Source: Balanoglossus misakiensis
Taxonomy: Eukaryota; Animalia; Hemichordata
Length of the DNA: 64,000 bases
Assembly: GCA_040954595.2 (NCBI GenBank)
Contig: CM082588.2
Coordinates: 12,165,398 to 12,229,397 of the forward strand
Reading direction: 5' to 3'
The position numbers and the translations under genes were made by a program. Positions 1 to 12,700 of the stretch are shown piece by piece. Within the stretch, counting starts at the first letter, position 1. Every line of letters starts with the position of its first letter. The notes under the pieces were generated by a model that saw only the letters and a list, made by a program, of their open reading frames with translations, had not been told where the DNA came from and ran no database searches.

Positions 1-3000
1 GATTAATATTGCAAATAATTTAATTTCTTACATCATAAATGGAATTCAAAGAAACGTCACGTAACAGGATATGTATAGTTTCAAGGCTTTGTTTTGGAAT
101 AACGAATTCTCTACAAGATTTAAGTGGAACAGTCACAGAATGAAAACAAATATGGAAAGAGTTATGTCGGAATGTTGTAAGGGATAGATTAATATTGCAA
201 ATAATTTAATTTCTTACATCATAAATGGAATTCAAAGAATGGTCACATAAGGGCCATGTTTTACTAAAAAGACTTATGTATAGTTTCAAGGCTTTGTTTT
301 GGAATAACGAATTCTCTCCAAGATTTAAGTTGAACAGTTACAGAATGAAAACAAATATTCAAATAGTTATGCCAGAATGTTGTAAGGGATAGATTAATAT
401 TGCAAATAATTTAATTTCTTACATCATAAATGGAATTCAAAGAATGGTCACATAACGGGCCATGTTTTACAAAAAGACTTTTGTATAGTTTCAAGGCTTT
501 GTTTTGGAATAACGAATTCTCTACAGGATTTAAGTGGAACAGTCACAGAATGAAAACAAATATGGAAAGAGTTATGCTGGAATGTTGTAAGGGATAGATT
601 AATATTGCAAATAATTTAATTTCTTACATCATAAAATGAATTCAAAGAATGGTCACATAACAGGATATGTTTTACTAAAAAGACTTATGTAAAGTTACAA
701 GGCTTTGTTTTGGAATAACGAATTCACTACAAGATTTAAGTGGAACAGTCACAGAATGAAAACAAATATGGAAAGAGTTATGCTGGAATGTTATAAGGGA
801 TAGATTAATATTGCAAATAAGTTAATTTCTTACATCATAAAATAAATTCAAAGAATGGTCACATAACAGAATATGTTTTACTAAAAAGACTTATGTTATA
901 GTTTCAAGGCTTTGTTTTGGAATAAAGAATTCTCTCCAAGATTTAAGTTGAACAGTTACAGAATGAAAACAAATATTCAAATAGTTATGCCAGAATGTTG
1001 TAAGGGATAGATTAATATTGCAAATAATTTAATTTCTTACATCATAAATGGAATTCGAAGAAACGTCACGTAACAGGATATGTATAGTTTCAAGGCTTTG
1101 TTTTGGAATAACGAATTCTCTACAAGATTTAAGTGGAACAGTCACAGAATGAAAACAAATATGGAAAGAGTTATGTCGGAATGTTGTAAGGGATAGATTA
1201 ATATTGCAAATAATTTAATTTCTTACATCATAAATGGAATTCAAAGAATGGTCACATAACGGGCCATGTTTTACAAAAAGACTTTTGTATAGTTTCAAGG
1301 CTTTGTTTTGGAATAACGAATTCTCTCCAAGATTTAAGTGGAACAGTCACAGAATGAAAACAAATATGGAAAGAGTTATGCTGGAATGTTATAAGGGATA
1401 GATTAATATTGCAAATAATTTAATTTCTTACATCATAAAATAAATTCAAAGAATGGTCACATAACAGGATATGTTTTACTAAAAAGACTTATGTTATAGT
1501 TTCAAGGCTTTGTTTTGGAATAACGAATTCTCTCCAAGATTTAAGTTGAACAGTTACAGAATGAAAACAAATATTCAAATAGTTATGCCAGAATGTTGTA
1601 AGGGATAGATTAATATTGCAAATAATTTAATTTCTTACATCATAAATGGAATTCAAAGAAACGTCACGTAACAGGATATGTATAGTTTCAAGGCTTTGTT
1701 TTGGAATAACGAATTCTCTACAAGATTTAAGTGGAACAGTCACAGAATGAAAACAAATATGGAAAGAGTTATGTCGGAATGTTGTAAGGGATAGATTAAT
1801 ATTGCAAATAATTTAATTTCTTACATCATAAATGGAATTCAAAGAATGGTCACATAAGGGCCATGTTTTACTAAAAAGACTTATGTATAGTTTCAAGGCT
1901 TTGTTTTGGAATAACGAATTCTCTCCAAGATTTAAGTTGAACAGTTACAGAATGAAAACAAATATTCAAATAGTTATGCCAGAATGTTGTAAGGGATAGA
2001 TTAATATTGCAAATAATTTAATTTCTTACATCATAAATGGAATTCAAAGAATGGTCACATAACGGGCCATGTTTTACAAAAAGACTTTTGTATAGTTTCA
2101 AGGCTTTGTTTTGGAATAACGAATTCTCTACAGGATTTAAGTGGAACAGTCACAGAATGAAAACAAATATGGAAAGAGTTATGCTGGAATGTTGTAAGGG
2201 ATAGATTAATATTGCAAATAATTTAATTTCTTACATCATAAAATGAATTCAAAGAATGGTCACATAACAGGATATGTTTTACTAAAAAGACTTATGTAAA
2301 GTTACAAGGCTTTGTTTTGGAATAACGAATTCACTACAAGATTTAAGTGGAACAGTCACAGAATGAAAACAAATATGGAAAGAGTTATGCTGGAATGTTA
2401 TAAGGGATAGATTAATATTGCAAATAAGTTAATTTCTTACATCATAAAATAAATTCAAAGAATGGTCACATAACAGGATATGTTTTACTAAAAAGACTTA
2501 TGTTATAGTTTCAAGGCTTTGTTTTGGAATAAAGAATTCTCTCCAAGATTTAAGTTGAACAGTTACAGAATGAAAACAAATATTCAAATAGTTATGCCAG
2601 AATGTTGTAAGGGATAGATTAATATTGCAAATAATTTAATTTCTTACATCATAAATGGAATTCAAAGAAACGTCACGTAACAGGATATGTATAGTTTCAA
2701 GGCTTTGTTTTGGAATAACGAATTCTCTACAAGATTTAAGTGGAACAGTCACAGAATGAAAACAAATATGGAAAGAGTTATGTCGGAATGTTGTAAGGGA
2801 TAGATTAATATTGCAAATAATTTAATTTCTTACATCATAAATGGAATTCAAAGAATGGTCACATAAGGGCCATGTTTTACTAAAAAGACTTATGTATAGT
2901 TTCAAGGCTTTGTTTTGGAATAACGAATTCTCTCCAAGATTTAAGTTGAACAGTTACAGAATGAAAACAAATATTCAAATAGTTATGCCAGAATGTTGTA

Positions 3001-6000
3001 AGGGATAGATTAATATTGCAAATAATTTAATTTCTTACATCATAAATGGAATTCAAAGAATGGTCACATAACGGGCCATGTTTTACAAAAAGACTTTTGT
3101 ATAGTTTCAAGGCTTTGTTTTGGAATAACGAATTCTCTACAGGATTTAAGTGGAACAGTCACAGAATGAAAACAAATATGGAAAGAGTTATGCTGGAATG
3201 TTGTAAGGGATAGATTAATATTGCAAATAATTTAATTTCTTACATCATAAAATGAATTCAAAGAATGGTCACATAACAGGATATGTTTTACTAAAAAGAC
3301 TTATGTAAAGTTACAAGGCTTTGTTTTGGAATAACGAATTCACTACAAGATTTAAGTGGAACAGTCACAGAATGAAAACAAATATGGAAAGAGTTATGCT
3401 GGAATGTTATAAGGGATAGATTAATATTGCAAATAAGTTAATTTCTTACATCATAAAATAAATTCAAAGAATGGTCACATAACAGGATATGTTTTACTAA
3501 AAAGACTTATGTTATAGTTTCAAGGCTTTGTTTTGGAATAAAGAATTCTCTCCAAGATTTAAGTTGAACAGTTACAGAATGAAAACAAATATTCAAATAG
3601 TTATGCCAGAATGTTGTAAGGGATAGATTAATATTGCAAATAATTTAATTTCTTACATCATAAATGGAATTCGAAGAAACGTCACGTAACAGGATATGTA
3701 TAGTTTCAAGGCTTTGTTTTGGAATAACGAATTCTCTACAAGATTTAAGTGGAACAGTCACAGAATGAAAACAAATATGGAAAGAGTTATGTCGGAATGT
3801 TGTAAGGGATAGATTAATATTGCAAATAATTTAATTTCTTACATCATAAATGGAATTCAAAGAATGGTCACATAACGGGCCATGTTTTACAAAAAGACTT
3901 TTGTATAGTTTCAAGGCTTTGTTTTGGAATAACGAATTCTCTCCAAGATTTAAGTGGAACAGTCACAGAATGAAAACAAATATGGAAAGAGTTATGCTGG
4001 AATGTTATAAGGGATAGATTAATATTGCAAATAATTTAATTTCTTACATCATAAAATAAATTCAAAGAATGGTCACATAACAGGATATGTTTTACTAAAA
4101 AGACTTATGTTATAGTTTGAAGGCTTTGTTTTGGAATAACGAATTCTCTACAAGATTTAAGTGGAACAGTCACAGAATGAAAACAAATATGGAAAGAGTT
4201 ATGCCGGAATGTTGTAAGGAATAGATTAATATTGCAAATAATTTAATTTCTTACATCATAAATGGAATTCAAAGAAACGCCACGTAACAGGATATGTATC
4301 GTTTCAAGGCTTTGTTTTGGAATAACGAATTCTCTACAAGATTTAAGTGGAATAGTCACAGAATGAAAACAAATATGGAAAGAGTTATGTCGGTATGTTG
4401 TAAGGGATAGATTAATATTGCAAATAATTTAATTTCTTACATCATAAATGGAATTCAAAGAATGGTCACATAACGGGCCATGTTTTACTAAAAAGACTTA
4501 TGTATAGTTTCAAGGCTTTGTTTTGGAATAACGAATTCTCTCCAAGATTTAAGTTGAACAGTTACAGAATGAAAACAAATATTCAAATAGTTATGCCAGA
4601 ATGTTGTAAGGGATAGATTAATATTGCAAATAATTTAATTTCTTACATCATAAATGGAATTCAAAGAATGGTCACATAACGGGCCATGTTTTACAAAAAG
4701 ACTTTTGTATAGTTTCAAGGCTTTGTTTTGGAATAACGAATTCTCTACAGGATTTAAGTGGAACAGTCACAGAATGAAAACAAATATGGAAAGAGTTATG
4801 CTGGAATGTTGTAAGGGATAGATTAATATTGCAAATAATTTAATTTCTTACATCATAAAATGAATTCAAAGAATGGTCACATAACAGGATATGTTTTACT
4901 AAAAAGACTTATGTATAGTTACAAGGCTTTGTTTTGGAATAACGAATTCTCTACAAGATTTAAGTGGAACAGTCACAGAATGAAAACAAATATGGAAAGA
5001 GTTATGCTGGAATGTTATAAGGGATTGATTAATATTGCAAATAATTTAATTTCTTACATCATAAAATGAATTCAAAGAATGGTCACATAACGGGCCATGT
5101 TTTACTAAAAAGACTTATGTTATAGATTCAAGGCTTTGTTTTGGAATAACGAATTCTCTACAAGATTTAAGTGGAACAGTCACAGAATGAAAACAAATAT
5201 GGAAAGAGTTATGCCGGAATGTTGTAAGGGATAGATTAATATTGCAAAAAATTTAATTTCTTACATCATAAATGGAATTCAAAGACAGGTCACGTAACAG
5301 GATATGTATAGTTTCAAGCCTTTGTTTTGGAGTAACGAATTCTCTACAAGATTTAAGTGGAACAGTCACAGAATGGAAACAAATATGGAAAGAGTTATGC
5401 TGAAATGTTGTAAGGGATAGATTAATATTGCATACAATTTAATTTCTTACATCATAAATGGAATTAAAATAATGGTCACATAACAGGATATGTTTTACTA
5501 AAAAGACTTATGTATAGGTTCAATAATTTGTGTTGAAATACCAAATTCTCTACAAGATTTAAGTGGAACAGTCACAGAATGAAAACAAATATTCAAATAG
5601 TTATGCCAGAATGTTGTAAGGGATAGATTAATATTGCAAATAATTTAATTTCTTACATCATAAATGGAATTCAAAGAATGGTCACATAACGGGCCATGTT
5701 TTACAAAAAGACTTTTGTATAGTATCAAGGCTTTGTTTTGGAATAACGAATTCTCTCCAAGATTTAAGTGGAACAGTCACAGAATGAAAACAAATATGGA
5801 AAGAGTTATGCTGGAATGTTATAAGGGATAGATTAATATTGCAAATAATTTAATTTCTTACATCATAAAATAAATTCAAAGAATGGTCACATAACAGGAT
5901 ATGTTTTACTAAAAAGACTTATGTTATAGTTTCAAGGCTTTGTTTTGGAATAACGAATTCTCTACAAGATTTAAGTGGAACAGTCACAGAATGAAAACAA

Positions 6001-8877
6001 ATATGGAAAGAGTTATGCCGGAATGTTGTAAGGAATAGATTAATATTGCAAATAATTTAATTTCTTACATCATAAATGGAATTCAAAGAAACGTCACGTA
6101 ACAAGATATGTATCGTTTCAAGGCTTTGTTTTGGAATAACGAATTCTCTACAAGATTTAAGTGGAACAGTCACAGAATGAAAACAAATATGGAAAGAGTT
6201 ATGTTGGTATGTTGTAAGGGATAGATTAATATTGCAAATAATTTAATTTCTTACATCATAAATGGAATTCAAAGAATGGTCACATAACGGGCCATGTTTT
6301 ACTAAAAAGACTTATGTATAGTTTCAAGGCTTTGTTTTGGAATAACGAATTCTCTCCAAGATTTAAGTTGAACAGTTACAGAATGAAAACAAATATTCAA
6401 ATAGTTATGCCAGAATGTTGTAAGGGATAGATTAATATTGCAAATAATTTAATTTCTTACATCATAAATGGAATTCAAAGAATGGTCACATAACGGGCCA
6501 TGTTTTACAAAAAGACTTTTGTATAGTATCAAGGCTTTGTTTTGGAATAACGAATTCTCTCCAAGATTTAAGTGGAACAGTCACAGAATGAAAACAAATA
6601 TGGAAAGAGTTATGCTGGAATGTTATAAGGGATAGATTAATATTGCAAATAATTTAATTTCTTACATCATAAAATAAATTCAAAGAATGGTCACATAACA
6701 GGATATGTTTTACTAAAAAGACTTATGTTATAGTTTCAAGGCTTTGTTTTGGAATAACGAATTCTCTACAAGATTTAAGTGGAACAGTCACAGAATGAAA
6801 ACAAATATGGAAAGAGTTATGCCGGAATGTTGTAAGGAATAGATTAATATTGCAAATAATTTAATTTCTTACATCATAAATGGAATTCAAAGAAACGTCA
6901 CGTAACAAGATATGTATCGTTTCAAGGCTTTGTTTTGGAATAACGAATTCTCTACAAGATTTAAGTGGAACAGTCACAGAATGAAAACAAATATGGAAAG
7001 AGTTATGTTGGTATGTTGTAAGGGATAGATTAATATTGCAAATAATTTTATTTCTTACATCATAAATGGAATTCAAAGAATGGTCACATAACGGGCCATG
7101 TTTTACTAAAAAGACTTATGTATAGTTTCAAGGCTTTGTTTTGGAATAACGAATTCTCTCCAAGATTTAAGTTGAACAGTTACAGAATGAAAACAAATAT
7201 TCAAATAGTTATGCCAGAATGTTGTAAGGGATAGATTAATATTGCAAATAATTTAATTTCTTACATCATAAATGGAATTCAAAGAATGGTCACATAACGG
7301 GCCATGTTTTACAAAAAGACTTTTGTATAGTTTCAAGGCTTTGTTTTGGAATAACGAATTCTCTACAAGATTTAAGTGGAACAGTCACAGAATGAAAACA
7401 AATATGGAAAGAGTTATGCTGGAATGTTATAAGGGATAGATTAATATTGCAAATAATTTAATTTCTTACATCATAAAATGAATTCAAAGAATGGTCACAT
7501 AACAGGATATGTTTTACTAAAAAGACTTATGTTATAGTTTCAAGGCTTTGTTTTGGAATAACGAATTCTCTACAAGATTTAAGTGGAACAGTCACAGAAT
7601 GAAAACAAATATGGAAAGAGTTATGCCGGAATGTTGTAAGGAATAGATTAATATTGCAAATAATTTAATTTCTTACATCATAAATGGAATTCAAAGAAAC
7701 GTCACGTAACAAGATATGTATCGTTTCAAGGCTTTGTTTTGGAATAACGAATTCTCTACAAGATTTAAGTGGAACAGTCACAGAATGAAAACAAATATGG
7801 AAAGAGTTATGTTGGTATGTTGTAAGGGATAGATTAATATTGCAAATAATTTAATTTCTTACATCATAAATGGAATTCAAAGAATGGTCACATAACGGGC
7901 CATGTTTTACTAAAAAGACTTTTGTATAGTTTCAAGGCTTTGTTTTGGAATAACGAATTCTCTACAAGATTTAAGTGGAACAGTCACAGAATGAAAACAA
8001 ATATGGAAAGAGTTATGCTGGAATGTTATAAGGGATAGATTAATATTGCAAATAATTTAATTTCTTACATCATAAAATGAATTCAAAGAATGGTCACATA
8101 ACGGGCCATGTTTTACTAAAAAGACTTATGTTATAGATTCAAGGCTTTGTTTTGGAATAACGAATTCTCTACAAGATTTAAGTGGAACAGTCACAGAATG
8201 AAAACAAATATGGAAAGAGTTATGCCGGAATGTTGTAAGGGATAGATTAATATTGCAAAAAATTTAATTTCTTACATCATAAATGGAATTCAAAGACAGG
8301 TCACGTAACAGGATATGTATAGTTTCAAGCCTTTGTTTTGGAGTAACGAATTCTCTACAAGATTTAAGTGGAACAGTCACAGAATGGAAACAAATATGGA
8401 AAGAGTTATGCTGAAATGTTGTAAGGGATAGATTAATATTGCATACAATTTAATTTCTTACATCATAAATGGAATTAAAATAATGGTCACATAACAGGAT
8501 ATGTTTTACTAAAAAGACTTATGTATAGGTTCAATAATTTGTGTTGAAATACCAAATTCTCTACAAGATTTAAGTGGAACAGTCACAGAATGAAAACAAA
8601 TATAGAAAGAGTTATGCCTGAATGTTGTAAGGGATAGATTAATATTGCAAATAATTTAATTTCTTATATCATAAATGGAATTCAAAGAATGGTCACATAA
8701 CGGGCCATGTTTTACTAAAAAGACTTATGTATAGTTTCAAGGCTTTGTTTTGGAATAACGAATTCTCTCCAAGATTTAAGTTGAACAGTTACAGAATGAA
8801 AACAAATATTCAAATAGTTATGCCAGAATGTTGTAAGGGATAGATTAATATTGCAAATAATTTAATTTCTTACATCA
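1..8877. repeat. AT-rich tandem satellite array, left block (205-207 bp monomers plus 186-bp short monomers)
   Basis: Motif GATTAATATTGCAAA recurs at 1, 187, 392, 597, 803, 1010, 1196, 1401, 1608 and onward (spacings 186, 205, 205, 206, 207, 186, 205, 207). Most monomers carry two GAATTC sites. All are in the same orientation. Confidence 0.99.
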
Positions 8878-9424
8878 TGTAACTGCAACCTACAGGCACT
8901 TCCTTTGCAGTCCGTTCACTGAGGGAGGCGACTCTTCCAAGTTTACGGGTCCCGTTAGCCTATGCGATGTGGCTCACCTTGTAGGTCAAATCGAGGTCAT
9001 CTGTCGCTGCGTCACCGCCTCGACAGCCATATACGTGTATACAAAGTCACTACAGTCCAAGTTATGCGAATTCAAGATGCTGTCCGCATCCTTTAATGTC
9101 GCCGGAAAATACTGTAACAACCAACACGTCAAAACGAATACATCCACAAACTGCCTACTGAAAATAGATCCGCAATAGATCAGTCAACTGTCGACATCTA
9201 CACCCGAACGGTGGCTCATAGCATCACAAACAGAACCGTAAAACTTTTGTGTTTTTGGGTCGCCATTCCTCAGGCCTCGTTTTCAATCCAGAATGACCTC
9301 AGAGTAAGCATGAAAGGTCACGAAAGGCGCCCTCTCTGGCAGAAACAAACAAATCTTGAATTTGCCCTCACAGCAAACAGAGGGTGGCAAAAACACTAAA
9401 ATAAGGAGAGGTTTGGCGTCTACA
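8878..9424 (-). repeat. 3' LTR (547 bp)
   Basis: Starts TGTAACTGCAACC and ends GGCGTCTACA on the + strand. Matches 15741-16287 at offset 6863, with one visible mismatch (T9159 vs C16022). Confidence 0.97.
9092..9097 (-). terminator. Candidate polyadenylation signal ATTAAA in the 3' LTR
   Basis: TTTAAT on + reads ATTAAA on the element sense strand, in a plausible R-region position (5' LTR copy at 15955-15960). Motif evidence only. Confidence 0.45.
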
Positions 9425-9438
9425 TACCGGCCCCCAAT
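9425..9438 (-). promoter_or_regulatory. Polypurine tract (plus-strand primer site)
   Basis: The sense strand reads ATTGGGGGCCGGTA immediately before the TGT of the 3' LTR. G-rich, though not purely purine. Confidence 0.75.
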
Positions 9439-9743
9439 TGTCAATAACGTTCAATGTGACAATTTTCTCGTATTCATACACAAAGACGCCATAATCAATA
9501 CTCGTCGCAAAATGCAAATGTGAATGTTCCTCACTTTCTAGCAAATTGTTCTGTAATGAAGCGTCTCTCACAATGTTCAAGTGTCTCTAAAGTCTAGAGT
9601 TGAATGCAGAGTTCACCAATAACCTGTAAAACAACTGATTCAACATACAAATGGAAACTGTTTTCAAACGAATAAAGACGTGATACATCAAAGCATTGTC
9701 CCTAATCTCTGACTATGCTCATTTGGATGATCAAATGTCCTAT

Positions 9744-12700
9744 CTAATCTACTTCTAACAATAAACAGAGTTTGTCAATGGGTCGCTCCAACACCGTGGA
9801 TCTTGTCTTCAACTTCACACGTCGCACTAATCCTTTGCTGTCTGGCATGACTTCAATCACTCTTCCCATTGGCCACGAACACCTCGGTGAACTTTCATCT
9901 ACCATCAGCACGACATCCCCTACGGCTAGGTTTGGTTTTGGCTTCAACCACTTTTGTCGTTCCTGCAATGTCGGTAGGTATTCTTTGATCCAACGCTTCC
10001 AAAACAAATCAGCCATATACTGCACCTGTCTCCATCTCCGACGCGTATATAGGTCACTCTTTTCTGTCAAACTGGGTGACAAACTGGATCCTTTCATGGT
10101 CAATAACATACTAGGTGTGAGCACCTCCAAATCTCCCACATCATCCGATGGTGTAGTGATAGGTCTGCTGTTGATTATATGCTCCACTTCACAAAGAAGC
10201 GTTTCCAAACCTTCATCATCTAGTAGTTGCTCCTTTGCTATGGCTTGCAACAACTGCCTCACTGTACGTATTTGGCGTTCCCACACACCACCAAAGTGTG
10301 ATCCAGCAGGGGGATTGAAAATCCAATCAATGCCCCTTCTCAACAAGAATCCATGAATCTTGTCTTGGTTCCAATTGTCTATTTCTCGCTTCAGCTCTCG
10401 TTGGGCTCCGACAAGGTTAGTACCATTATCAGACCGTATTTCTTTTACACTACCTCTTCTGGCAATGAATCTACGCAAAGCGTTGATACAGGAATCTGTG
10501 TCAAGACTGTCTGCTTTCTCTAGGTGTACTGCCCGTGAACTCAAACAAGTAAACATTACACCGTATCTCTTCACCACACTGCGTCCGCGCTTGATCTCTA
10601 TCGGTCCAAAATAATCAACACCTACTCTACTGAAGGGCGGTTCACCTGGTGTCAGACGATCGACCGGTAAATCAGCCATCTTCTGTTCCCCAGGTTTTGC
10701 TCTGAAACGACGGCACGCAACACACTTGTTGATCAGCTCCCTTGCTGCCGAGTTCGCGCCCACCATCCAGTACCACTCTCTCAACCGCGCCAGCATACTG
10801 TTTCTTCCCATGTGTCCTATACTCTCGTGGATATCGCGTAGTATCAGCTTAGATACATGTGTACCCTTTGGAATGATCAGTGGGTGTTTCATGTCCTCTG
10901 GCAACGCTGCTCGACTGATTCTTCCTCCAACTCTCAGCAAACCACCATCTCCGATCACCGGATCCAATTTATAGATGGGGCTGTTGCGTTTCACTCCATT
11001 TCCATCCACGTTGCTTCCCTTCAACATAGAAATCTCCTCCGGAAATGCATCCTGCTGCACGAATTTGATGATTGCATGTTCGGCCCGTTTAAGATCCTGA
11101 ACACTGATCTGCCTAGACTGCATACACAGATGGGCTTCGCCTATCTTCCCTGCGGTCTTGCTCTTGCTCTTGTCTATCAACATCTGCTTGACTCTCAGGA
11201 CATGTGCTACAGCTTTTTTCAAAGCGTACCAGCTGGAATAGTGATCCAGTAACTTGCATACTGTGTTTCTTGACTCATCTACATCACACACCTTTACTGC
11301 TGCAACTCTCTTGACCTCTGGGTCATCGCTCAGCAACTCATCAGAGTGATTAGCTTCTGGGTTCTCAAACCACTCAAGCTCCGGTTTTGATAGAAATTTG
11401 GGTCCATTCATCCAGCGCTCATTCTTCAGGAACTTGTCAACTGGCTGTCCGCGTGAGCATTCGTCTGCTGGATTCTGGCTAGACTCAATATAGTGCCACT
11501 GCCTAGGTTCAGATCCTTCCCTGATCAAAGTTACCCGGTTGGCAACATAGGTATGGAACCTTGCCGTTTCATTGTTGATATAGCGTAGAACAGTCATGCT
11601 ATCCGTCCAGAAGAATGTGTCGTCGACTTGCACATCCAACTCTCCTTTCAGGCTCCTATCCACTCGTACTGCTAATGTTGCAGCCGCCAATTCCATCCGT
11701 GGAACTGTAATCTGCTTCAATGGGGCGACGCGCGTCTTACTCAACAGTAAAGCACAATGTACATCCCCATGCCCATTCACCATGCGTAGGTATGAAACGG
11801 TGCCATAGCCTAGCTCACTGGCATCTGAGAAGTGATGAAGTTGGACAGATACTGCTTCTCCAAATCCATCTGGCTTCAGACATCGGTTCACAAAGCAGTT
11901 TTCTTCTAACTTTGGCAAGTCGTTCATCCACTTCTCCCACCGTTTCTGTAGTTTAACTGGCATCTTTTCGTCCCAGTCTAGTTTCTGTTTGCATAAGTCC
12001 TGCAGAATGATCTTCGCAGGCAGAATCGCTGGTGCTGCCAAGCCTAATGGATCAAACACAGAACTCACAATCGACAAAATTCCTCTTCTCGTAGCAGGTT
12101 TGTCTTTCATCGTGATGTTGAACCCAAATCTGTCCGATTCAACATCCCACTGCATACCAAGTGCTCTCTCTATTGGCAAGCTATCTTGGTCCAAATCTAA
12201 GTCTTTGATTTCTTTCGCTCTTTCTTCTTCTGGAATGGACTCCAGCACTGATCGACGGTTGCTAACCCATTTGGTTAGACGAAAACCTCCTCGGCTACAC
12301 GCACTACGAAGGTTCTTTGACAGACCTCTGCCTGTTTCTTCTGTCGGCACCGACTTTAGCATGTCATCCACATAAAAGTCTTTCTTGATTGTATTGACGA
12401 CATGTTCCTCATGGTGCTCTGCACAGTCATCGGCTGTTTTCTTCAGAGCATAGTTGGCGCAACTAGGCGACGAAGTTGCTCCAAATATGTGTACTTTCAT
12501 CCGGTATTCTTCTGGAGGATTGCTTGTATCCCCATCCGTCCACCACAGAAAGCGTTGAAAGTCACAACTTGCTTTCGGTACAGCTACCTGCGAAAACATG
12601 GACTCCACATCCGCCATCATTGCTACCGGCTCTTGACGGAAGCGCGTCAGAACTCCTAACAATGAGTTAGTGAGATCAGGGCCCTGCATAAGTTCTTTGT

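Noticed and set aside
1-30. Imperfect dyad ATTAATATT-GCA-AATAATTTAAT in each monomer
   Set aside because: Short, imperfect and nearly all A/T, so expected by chance at this composition.
440-465. CENP-B box around ATAACGGG
   Set aside because: CGGG is present, but the TTCG and correctly spaced A of the TTCGNNNNANNCGGG consensus are not.
8969-9580. Small ORFs in the LTRs and 3' UTR (also 15700-16419) as env or accessory genes
   Set aside because: Short, mostly non-ATG starts, duplicated only because the LTR is duplicated. No env-like features and only ~320 bp between the stop codon and the LTR.
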